From positions 1-32,000 of the forward strand of contig JBOGRD010000004.1 in the NCBI GenBank assembly GCA_050749405.1: a stretch of 32,000 nt of DNA. The letters are read 5' to 3'. This DNA comes from Nitrosotalea sp. Lineage in GTDB: Archaea > Thermoproteota > Nitrososphaeria > Nitrososphaerales > Nitrosopumilaceae. Shown piece by piece: positions 7,409 through 14,371 of the stretch. Every line of letters starts with the position of its first letter. The stretch's first letter is position 1. The notes beneath the pieces were generated by a model. That model saw nothing but the letters and a program-made list of their open reading frames with translations, was not told where the DNA came from and ran no database searches. The translations under genes were made by a program, and so were the position numbers.

Positions 7409-7726
7409 ATGGCAACTATTCCCCTTAGAAATTCAGTATATGAAATAGTAAAAAATGCAGGCTCTATGACAGACTCTGAGCTCTCAAAGGCGCTGATAAA
7501 ATCTGGAATTTCAATTCCTGAAGACGAATTCAATAAAACATTATTGAATCTCGAAATATATGGCCTCATCAAGGTTACCTGGCTAACAAAAGACGAGAGA
7601 AGGATCGAGATTTACGAAAAAGAGGAAAACGAAGACGACATAGAAAAACAGAACAGGGAAAACCTAGAAAAAGAATATGAGGCAGGATTCCCCGGTGTTG
7701 AACAAGAACAAGACACCCAAGAATAA
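7409..7726 (+). CDS. small winged-helix-like protein with an acidic tail, tightly coupled to cdc48
   Basis: 105-aa ORF starting 2 nt after the cdc48 stop. The N-terminal ~65 aa look winged-helix-like (SVYEIVKNAGSMTDSELSKALIKSG ... LLNLEIYGLIKV). The C-terminal 40 aa are Glu/Asp/Lys-rich. Confidence 0.55.
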   Translation: MATIPLRNSVYEIVKNAGSMTDSELSKALIKSGISIPEDEFNKTLLNLEIYGLIKVTWLTKDERRIEIYEKEENEDDIEKQNRENLEKEYEAGFPGVEQEQDTQE

Positions 7727-7727
7727 T

Positions 7728-8654
7728 TTATTTTATCACAGGAAAGTGGAATGCGGCATCGAGTGCAATTCCTACAAATATTATTGTAAGGTACGGAGCA
7801 GTCACCTTGTAGGCTTTCCATGCAAAGTCCGAAGTTGGAGTCTTTGTCAGTTTGTAATGATATAGTAACATCAAGCTGCCCGATACTGCAGCAATTGCAA
7901 GATAGACATAACCTAATCCGAATGCTACAAGTGCCAACGAATATGGAAGTAATATTGCGGTGTTAGCAAGTATGTACTTCGAGGTCTTTTGCATTCCAAT
8001 CAATACTGGTAACATTGGAACGTGTGCTTGTGCATAGTCATCTCTTATCTTCATTGCAAGACACCAAAAGTGAGAAGGAGTCCACGCAAAGACAAGAACC
8101 CCTACAAGCGCACCCAATATGTCCATCGAACCAGTCGCAGCTGACCATCCTGCCATGGCAGCACAGCTACCGGCAAAGCCTCCAATTACAATGTTGGATG
8201 AATTGGTACGTTTGAGCCACACCGTATAGACTACAACATAGAAGAAAACTCCTAATGCAATGAAAAATGTAGAAATTGGGTTAAGGGTAAACCATGCATA
8301 AATTACAGATGCAGCGCTTACAACTAGACCATATATCAAAACATTTCTTGCGGACATCCTCCCCGATGGAATTGGTCTATTACTAGTTCTTTTCATCAAT
8401 AGATCGATGTCTCGATCATAATAGTGATTGAGCGCACTTGAACCAGCTGAAGAAAGCGATCCAGCAATGATTATGTGCAATAGACTGACATAGTTAAGTT
8501 GAGGTCCTATCAATTTACTGGCCGCATACATCGATGTTACGGCAGTAATTACAAGTAATACTACTATACGTGGTTTTGATATTTCCAGTATTTCTTTTAA
8601 TCCCACTAATCTTAGCGAGTTTGTTGGGAATTTAATTTCTTCGAAGTTTGTCAC
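7728..8654 (-). CDS. ctaB: protoheme IX farnesyltransferase (heme O synthase), UbiA family
   Basis: 308 aa, polytopic. Carries the UbiA motif NHYYDRDIDLLMKRTSNRPIPSGR and a second Asp-rich region (KIRDDY). GTG start. Confidence 0.9.
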   Translation of the reverse strand: MTNFEEIKFPTNSLRLVGLKEILEISKPRIVVLLVITAVTSMYAASKLIGPQLNYVSLLHIIIAGSLSSAGSSALNHYYDRDIDLLMKRTSNRPIPSGRMSARNVLIYGLVVSAASVIYAWFTLNPISTFFIALGVFFYVVVYTVWLKRTNSSNIVIGGFAGSCAAMAGWSAATGSMDILGALVGVLVFAWTPSHFWCLAMKIRDDYAQAHVPMLPVLIGMQKTSKYILANTAILLPYSLALVAFGLGYVYLAIAAVSGSLMLLYHYKLTKTPTSDFAWKAYKVTAPYLTIIFVGIALDAAFHFPVIK

Positions 8655-8668
8655 GAGAGGTCAAAAGA

Positions 8669-8687
8669 ATTAAGTACCTCACTTAAT
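8669..8687. promoter_or_regulatory. palindrome ATTAAGT-ACCTC-ACTTAAT centred in the 46-bp ctaB / cupredoxin divergent spacer
   Basis: 7-bp perfect arms. The palindrome centre (8678) is 24 nt from the ctaB start (8654) and 23 nt from the cupredoxin ATG (8701). It may be two mirror-image TATA-like boxes or a shared operator. Confidence 0.45.
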
Positions 8688-8700
8688 CGAACTACCACAG

Positions 8701-9807
8701 ATGAGCGACTGGGATCTAATGATGCCTGGTATGGGTTTGACCGCCATAGGTCTTGGAGGAGTCATTTTATCCTACTTGGGAATCGCCAACACTTTCCTTA
8801 CAGGAATGCAGGCACTTTCAGGTTTGACCATGTTTGTTGGCATGGTGTTTTTGTCCGCAGGAATTCTAAGCGGAGGTGTTTCAACTAGTCCAAGAGCCAA
8901 AGCAACAACCCTTGTAATATTTGGGATCGCTGGCTCAGTAGGAGCTTACGCAATAAGTCTGAACACCGTAATATCGTCATTGCCCAGGTTTGTAGGCATT
9001 TTAATTATCATAATCATACCAACTATTGTCATAGCATTTTTTTCTATGAAGGCACAAAAATATTTCAGGCCCATAGCCATAATATTTGTAGCCGCCATGG
9101 CATTGGGAGTCGGATCTTTTACTGTATTTGGATTCATAGGACCCGGCGCACAATTCTCGCTACACTCACTAAATGAAACTAATGGAACCAACGCAACCCA
9201 AGCAATTAGTCAGACGTTGCCAACAGCACCAGTAATACATGTCAGCATTCCAGTCAATGCATCCATCAAAGGAAATCCAAACTTTACACCCAATACCGTC
9301 ACTGTTCCAAAAGGCGATATAATAGAGTGGACTAATAATGATACAGTGCCTCACACTGTCACAAATGCGCCAGACGGTTCAATATTTGATTCTAGCTTGA
9401 TTGCACCCGGTAAAACATACTCACTTGATACATCAAAATTAAATGGAACCGAGTATGATTACTTGTGTACAGTTCACCCATGGATGACGGGCAAGGTAGT
9501 GATAACCCAGCCACTTGTTGCAAATGTTACAATCTCAAAAGGAGCGTCCACACAAGGTGCTGGACAGAAATATTTTGATCCGGCAAATCTCTCTGTCAAA
9601 GTTGGAACAACTGTAATTTGGACCAACCAAGATGCCGCGGCTCATACGGTCACAAGTGGCGATCCAAGTGCTGGTCCCTCAGGAACATTTGATTCCGGTC
9701 TGATCAAACCTGGAAATACATTCAAACATACTTTTACAACAGCTGGTACAACATCATACTTCTGTACAATTCATCCATGGATGACTGGAAAAATAATAGT
9801 AGGATGA
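8701..9807 (+). CDS. membrane-anchored protein with two type-1 (blue) copper cupredoxin domains
   Basis: 368 aa. The N-terminal ~150 aa hold about 5 hydrophobic helices. Two plastocyanin-like modules each have a His...Cys-x2-His-x2-Met ligand set (PHTV...CTVHPWM and AHTV...CTIHPWM). Confidence 0.85.
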   Translation: MSDWDLMMPGMGLTAIGLGGVILSYLGIANTFLTGMQALSGLTMFVGMVFLSAGILSGGVSTSPRAKATTLVIFGIAGSVGAYAISLNTVISSLPRFVGILIIIIIPTIVIAFFSMKAQKYFRPIAIIFVAAMALGVGSFTVFGFIGPGAQFSLHSLNETNGTNATQAISQTLPTAPVIHVSIPVNASIKGNPNFTPNTVTVPKGDIIEWTNNDTVPHTVTNAPDGSIFDSSLIAPGKTYSLDTSKLNGTEYDYLCTVHPWMTGKVVITQPLVANVTISKGASTQGAGQKYFDPANLSVKVGTTVIWTNQDAAAHTVTSGDPSAGPSGTFDSGLIKPGNTFKHTFTTAGTTSYFCTIHPWMTGKIIVG

Positions 9808-10217
9808 CATTACAAAAAGAGATAACACTTTCCAAAAATCACGTTGACATACTAATACAACATGCAAAGCAAAACGAACCCAATGAATCTTGTGCCATAC
9901 TTTTTGGAAAGAATGACGATAGGCAATTTTTAATAATGGATGTTTTTCTAACAAAAAACGCAGAACCGTCACCTGTTAATTTTACCATATCAAACGATGA
10001 ACTCATAAAAGCATACAAAGAATCTGAAAAGAAAAATTTAGAAGTCATAGCAATTTTTCACTCCCACCCAAACTCAGCAGCTTATCCTTCCTCTACGGAC
10101 CGCCAATACATGGAAGTAAATCCAGTCCCGTGGATTATCTATTCTAATACAAATAATGAGTTCAGAGCATATATTTTAGAATCGACCATCATACCCATCA
10201 ATATAACAACCCTTTAG
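9804..10217 (+). CDS. JAB1/MPN/Mov34 (JAMM) metalloprotease domain protein
   Basis: Contains ESCAILFG (conserved Glu) and the HSHPNSAAYPSSTD JAMM motif (H-x-H-x7-S-x2-D). The ATG at 9804 overlaps the upstream stop as ATGA. The ORF-track start at 9777 is less likely. Confidence 0.8.
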   Translation: MTLQKEITLSKNHVDILIQHAKQNEPNESCAILFGKNDDRQFLIMDVFLTKNAEPSPVNFTISNDELIKAYKESEKKNLEVIAIFHSHPNSAAYPSSTDRQYMEVNPVPWIIYSNTNNEFRAYILESTIIPINITTL

Positions 10218-10219
10218 CA

Positions 10220-10321
10220 TTATTGCTTGTGTATGTTCTTTTTATGTCGCTCAAAATGCTCTTTATCTACAAAGGTTGCACTACAATCCTTACACTTGAA
10301 TCCGGCTTTTTGGCCCCACAA
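10220..10321 (-). CDS. candidate 33-aa single C2H2 zinc-finger miniprotein
   Basis: Not in the ORF track. TTG start. MWGQKAGFKCKDCSATFVDKEHFERHKKNIHKQ fits F-x-C-x2-C-x3-F-x5-F-x2-H-x4-H. It is bounded by an in-frame TAA 8 codons upstream. Its stop lies 2 nt from the convergent JAMM gene stop. Confidence 0.45.
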   Translation of the reverse strand: MWGQKAGFKCKDCSATFVDKEHFERHKKNIHKQ

Positions 10322-10626
10322 TATGACAAGTAATACACGAAGTTACGTAAAAGAATTACTCTGGGCCTAAATGCAATCTCTATAACCATCATTGGGATTT
10401 ATTCATAAATTACTCGTGAATAGTGCATATCTTTCTATTGTAGCCACAAGAAAGTATAGCATTATCTTGTCATTCGATCAGATATTGGTAGCTGAAGAAT
10501 GATCAGACTGGCCAACTTTGTTATCAAATTCTAGAATAATGGCTGTTCTTTAGATCTCGGCAGGCACATGCATTCACAAAGCCCGTGTGATTTAGAATAA
10601 ATATCCCTTTTTTATCCATCAAAAAC

Positions 10627-10884
10627 ATGGAAATTCACGTATATGATACATATGTAGAGGCAAAGGACGGCCATACGATGCACTTTGATGTGATCACAAA
10701 TGTAAAGGATCATCAAAAGGCAATCCAGTATGCAAAAGAATGGCTAAAAACCATAAACGAGGCAGATGCAAAAGTTACAACCGAAGAGTGTCAATTCTGT
10801 CACTCACAAGGTGCGCCTCAACCAATAGCCAATGAAATCCAACAGAAAGGATACTTTATCCAGAAAATGGAAGGCTGCCCGTAG
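10627..10884 (+). CDS. conserved hypothetical protein; from memory resembles the DUF2024 family
   Basis: 85 aa. MEIHVYDTYVEAKDGHTMHFDVI ... ECQFCHSQ ... GYFIQKMEGC resembles what I recall of DUF2024 proteins. TAGAATAAATA lies 27 nt upstream of the ATG. Confidence 0.5.
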   Translation: MEIHVYDTYVEAKDGHTMHFDVITNVKDHQKAIQYAKEWLKTINEADAKVTTEECQFCHSQGAPQPIANEIQQKGYFIQKMEGCP

Positions 10885-10889
10885 CTACC

Positions 10890-10931
10890 TTTTTCAATTT
10901 TTTAAACTCATTATTTTTGAAAACTCTTTTT
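10890..10931 (+). terminator. cluster of oligo-T tracts (candidate archaeal terminator)
   Basis: Four T5-T6 runs within 45 nt immediately after the stop at 10884. Confidence 0.35.
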
Positions 10932-10956
10932 AGATCGCTCTATCCTATTTTGTATC

Positions 10957-11169
10957 ATGGCAAAGAATAGCAAATACAACAAACTGACGGTAGAAGGCGA
11001 AATCCAAACCAAGTGGATATGCGGTTGTTTTGAGACTGTGGACGGGTTCTTCAAGTTTTGTCCGGAACACAACAATGCAATGAGAAAAACAATAGAGGCT
11101 CAAATAGACGAGCTAGACATGACATTGATTGTGGATGATAAAATAGATCATCCTACAGAACAAAGATAG
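10957..11169 (+). CDS. hypothetical small protein
   Basis: 70-aa ORF with an ATG start and Cys/His residues (CGC ... CPEH). No family recognised. It overlaps the hppA 3' end by 17 nt. Confidence 0.4.
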   Translation: MAKNSKYNKLTVEGEIQTKWICGCFETVDGFFKFCPEHNNAMRKTIEAQIDELDMTLIVDDKIDHPTEQR

Positions 11170-13186
11170 CAACAAATGCAGATACGAAAACTATTGCTAC
11201 GGTGTTTAACAACTTGATGACAGTATTTAGTGCGGGTCCTGCAGTATCCTTGTATGGATCCCCAATTATATCGCCAACAATTGCTATCTTGTGTTCTTCG
11301 GTTCCCTTTTGTTTGTTAATTTCCATGTATTTTTTGGCATTGTCCCACGCGCCACCAGTATTTGCCAGATGGAATGCCAGGAAGATCCCCGTAATTACTG
11401 CACCCATTAAAAGCCCAACTACTGCAGATGGACCCAAAACTATACCAAGTACTATTGGTGCCGAAATTGTTATTGCTGCAGATTTCCAAAGCTCACGTAA
11501 TGAAGCTACTGTTGCAACATCAACACATTTTGCATAATCTGGTTTTACCTCATGGGTCAAAATGCCAGGAGATTCCTTGAATTGCCGCCTTACTTCTTCT
11601 ACCATTTTAGATGCTGCCCTTGCTACTGCTGAGATAAGCTGGCTTGTAATAAAGAACGGCAATAGACCACCTACAAGCAATCCAATAACTACTGCAGGGT
11701 TTGAAAGACTGTAATCGAAAGCGTGATGAAACACTTTTCCTGCTTCATACTGAAATGCCTGAATCATGGCTAGCGCAGCTAGACCAGCACTTGCAATTGC
11801 AAAACCTTTAGTCACAGCCTTTGTAGTATTTCCTACTGCGTCAATTTCATCTGTAACTTTACGATTTTCTTCCCCCATACCAGTCATTTCTACAATTCCA
11901 CCTGCATTGTCACTGATAGGGCCAAATGCATCTATACTCAATACAATTCCTGCAAGGCTTAGCATGGCCATGGCTGTAAGCGATGTCCCAAAGATTCCAT
12001 AAAGTGCAGCTTGTGCAGGATCTGGCGTTGCAGATGACGCCAATACATACGATGTAGCTAAAGCCACAACAATGGCAATCATAAACGGACCTGTTGAGCG
12101 CATTCCTTGTATTATTCCCATTAGTGTAAGTGATGCATATCCCCATTTTGCAGAAGCAGCAATTTCTTGCACTGGCTTGAATCTATAGCTTGTAAAGTAA
12201 TCTGTGATTCTCTGTATTACTGGCACCAGAATGACTCCTATTACCGTACTACCAAACAGTGCATATGCAATCTGCGTGTGACCAAGAAACAGATATGTGA
12301 AAACAAAATTAAGTGCAATTGCTATTGCAGCCGAAACATAAAATGCGTTGGCAAGTGGCCTGTTTACATCCGTCATCTTTCTTGGGCCTATGGTTGCAAT
12401 GCCAATAATAGATGCAAATAATCCTGAAGCACCAATTAACATCGGATAAAACAGGTTCTGAGGCGTTCCAATTAGCCCAGCAATCAGTAACGATGCAAGC
12501 ATCGTGACAATATATGATTCATAAATATCAGACCCCATCCCAGCTGCATCTCCTACATTATCGCCCACGTTATCAGCAATTGTTGCGGGGTTTCGCGGGT
12601 CATCTTCTGGTATATTTGCTTCTACTTTTCCTACCAGGTCTGCACCCATGTCTGCAGCCTTTGTGAAAATTCCACCTCCAACTCTGATAAACAAGGCAAT
12701 CAAACTAGCACCTATACCAACTCCAGCAATTGTGATAGGGCTAGGAAATGCAAAATAGAGTAAACTCATGCCCAAAAGAGCCATGGCAGGCACGGCAAGA
12801 CCCACTGTTGCCCCGCCTCTAAATGCAAGAGCAAAGGTATGTCCAAGCCCTTTTCCAGATGCGTTTGCAGCTCGAACCGCTGCCTTTACTGTAATTTTAA
12901 GTGAGATCAGCCCGGCAATAGCAGAAAGCCCTGCACCAACAGCAAAAGCAATGCCGTTGGTAAAGCCAATTGCAGCACCAATCAAGACCGCAAGACCTAT
13001 GGCTATTGGAATAACAATCCTAAATTCTCTTCTCAAAAACGCCATTGCACCTACCCCCACTGCATTTGAAATATCCAGCATCTGTTGTGTTCCAGGTTTT
13101 TGTTTAGATACCCACGCTGCAAGCACTGCCGCAATGATAAAAGATATGATTGACGCACCGACAGGAATCATTTCTTTGAGCGTCAT
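11153..13186 (-). CDS. hppA: membrane-bound H+-translocating pyrophosphatase, K+-independent type
   Basis: 677 aa, polytopic. Contains DNVGDNVGDAAGMGSDIYESY, DNAGGIVEM and GDPYKDTAGPALN. The GNTTKA motif (Lys rather than Ala) is the established signature of K+-independent enzymes. Confidence 0.95.
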   Translation of the reverse strand: MTLKEMIPVGASIISFIIAAVLAAWVSKQKPGTQQMLDISNAVGVGAMAFLRREFRIVIPIAIGLAVLIGAAIGFTNGIAFAVGAGLSAIAGLISLKITVKAAVRAANASGKGLGHTFALAFRGGATVGLAVPAMALLGMSLLYFAFPSPITIAGVGIGASLIALFIRVGGGIFTKAADMGADLVGKVEANIPEDDPRNPATIADNVGDNVGDAAGMGSDIYESYIVTMLASLLIAGLIGTPQNLFYPMLIGASGLFASIIGIATIGPRKMTDVNRPLANAFYVSAAIAIALNFVFTYLFLGHTQIAYALFGSTVIGVILVPVIQRITDYFTSYRFKPVQEIAASAKWGYASLTLMGIIQGMRSTGPFMIAIVVALATSYVLASSATPDPAQAALYGIFGTSLTAMAMLSLAGIVLSIDAFGPISDNAGGIVEMTGMGEENRKVTDEIDAVGNTTKAVTKGFAIASAGLAALAMIQAFQYEAGKVFHHAFDYSLSNPAVVIGLLVGGLLPFFITSQLISAVARAASKMVEEVRRQFKESPGILTHEVKPDYAKCVDVATVASLRELWKSAAITISAPIVLGIVLGPSAVVGLLMGAVITGIFLAFHLANTGGAWDNAKKYMEINKQKGTEEHKIAIVGDIIGDPYKDTAGPALNTVIKLLNTVAIVFVSAFVAIFVL

Positions 13187-13283
13187 CTGAGAGAAGACTC
13201 GATAGAGTATTTATATAAATTTATTCTACTTTTCTTATATAATGTCATGAGGATGTGATTTAAAATAATTTTAAGAAGAATTT

Positions 13284-13646
13284 TTACACTCTTTTTTGAT
13301 ACGGTTTAAAAATTTTTCCTGCCAAGCCTTGCCTTACAAGCTTGTTGAAGCGTTTTCCATGACTTAGGTATGGAAATCGAAAATGAATAAGTTCGTGAAC
13401 TATGGTATTTTCAAGTGTCTTGTCATCCGGTATTTTCTTGATATTGACAAATACAAGATTGTGTTGCAAATAGGACACACCTAGGTATTTGTAAGCCGAA
13501 GTTCTCCTGCCTTGGGTAACTTCCTTTGGCATGCCAAGAACTTCTCTAGTTGTTAGCAACACTTTCGGTTCTGAAATTCCAAATCTGTTTGAATATATTC
13601 CAACCTTCTCTAATATTTTGACTTTCAAGTCCAAATCATTTTTCAT
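13284..13646 (-). CDS. YgjP/SprT-like (DUF45-type) zinc metallopeptidase domain protein
   Basis: 120 aa with the HExxH motif in TIVHELIHFRFPYLSHGKRFNKLV. A TATA-like TTTAAACTA lies about 28 nt upstream of the ATG. Confidence 0.55.
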   Translation of the reverse strand: MKNDLDLKVKILEKVGIYSNRFGISEPKVLLTTREVLGMPKEVTQGRRTSAYKYLGVSYLQHNLVFVNIKKIPDDKTLENTIVHELIHFRFPYLSHGKRFNKLVRQGLAGKIFKPYQKRV

Positions 13647-13727
13647 TACTTGAGAATCTTCAGGAAATAGTTTAAATTTGAATTGTCAAATATCGTACAA
13701 GAGTTTGTGTATTTTTTCAAGTTTACC

Positions 13728-13733
13728 AAAAAA
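13728..13733 (-). terminator. T6 tract on the minus strand about 12 nt downstream of the C/D sRNA candidate
   Basis: The minus strand reads CCACTTTTTTGG just after the sRNA 3' flank. Confidence 0.35.
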
Positions 13734-13744
13734 GTGGTTAGGTA

Positions 13745-13802
13745 GGGTCAGAACTTGTGTAGCTTAATCACATATCATACAGCCACCGTGTCATCATACC
13801 CC
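13745..13802 (-). ncRNA. candidate C/D box sRNA (2'-O-methylation guide)
   Basis: The minus strand reads GGGGU-AUGAUGA(C)-CACGGUGGCUGU(12 nt)-AUGA(D')-UAU-GUGAUUA(C')-AGCUACACAAGUU(13 nt)-CUGA(D)-CCCU. The C and D boxes are perfect, spacing is canonical, and G/C flanks stand out in an AT-rich spacer. It starts 3 nt after the upstream gene's stop codon. Confidence 0.6.
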
Positions 13803-13804
13803 AA

Positions 13805-14371
13805 CTAACTCATAGAATTCATAATCTTAGCTGCATTATTTCTTATCTCTTCGGTTACCTCTACAATGACTAGCCCTTCATTTGGTTGCCCATACATGAC
13901 GACCGAATTTTCCGGAGCATACAAGACGGCAGGTAAGACCAGCAAGTCTTCCTCACCTTTTACGATTATTCTAACTGGCACGTCTGCCTGAAAGGCTTTT
14001 TTTATTACAGATATGCTATCATCAGTAATCTCTGCCGCGGGGTTTACGCATTCAAGAGTTGTTCTTGCTTGTCCCACTGGCAAGTTTCTCTTGTTCCTCT
14101 TTTCCAATGAATCGACTATCTGCAATTCCGGGTCAAGCCCAAATTTTATCATCTTCTCAGTTGTAGCATCGCCGACAGTTATCAAAAAGACATCTTTTGG
14201 CATAGCTTGTAAAATATTTTCTTTTGTTACCTCTGAATCTTTAATTAATAATCCCATGGGTTTTTTGAGGCTCTCACGCAAACTGTCTGGCAGATGCACA
14301 AGATACCTTTGTTTTATTCTATTTTTATGTAGCTGCCTCTGCGGCCATTTCCTCACTAAGTTGGCTTGCAA
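13805..14371 (-). CDS. GTP-dependent dephospho-CoA kinase (DUF359 family)
   Basis: LPDSLRESLKKPMG, LITVGDATTEKMIKFGLDPELQIVD, VNPAAEIT, GEEDLLVLPAVLYAPENSVVMYGQPNEGLVIV match my recollection of the archaeal DPCK (TK1697-type) pattern. A GTG start at 14299 (165 aa) would avoid the 47-nt overlap with the upstream gene. Confidence 0.8.
   Translation of the reverse strand: MQANLVRKWPQRQLHKNRIKQRYLVHLPDSLRESLKKPMGLLIKDSEVTKENILQAMPKDVFLITVGDATTEKMIKFGLDPELQIVDSLEKRNKRNLPVGQARTTLECVNPAAEITDDSISVIKKAFQADVPVRIIVKGEEDLLVLPAVLYAPENSVVMYGQPNEGLVIVEVTEEIRNNAAKIMNSMS

Noticed and set aside
10476-10510. Possible C/D box sRNA (CUGA and UGAUCA elements, GATCAGA repeated)
   Set aside because: There is no RUGAUGA C box on either strand, and the spacing between the box-like elements (18 nt) does not fit the 12-nt guide architecture.
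11153-13186. Locally higher GC as a sign of horizontal transfer
   Set aside because: The shift is explained by the Gly/Ala/Val-rich composition of a polytopic pump. There are no flanking repeats, integrase or tRNA.
11202-13190. Several plus-strand ORFs (111, 78, 84 and 140 aa) inside the pyrophosphatase gene
   Set aside because: They are antisense to a very well supported 677-aa hppA ORF. Their Ala/Pro/Ser-rich, low-complexity translations are typical of the antisense frame of a Gly/Ala/Val-rich membrane gene.
13212-13235. 12-bp AT-only palindrome ATTTATATAAAT upstream of hppA
   Set aside because: It is a symmetric TATA-box-like sequence expected by chance in AT-rich promoter DNA. It is not treated as a separate regulatory element.
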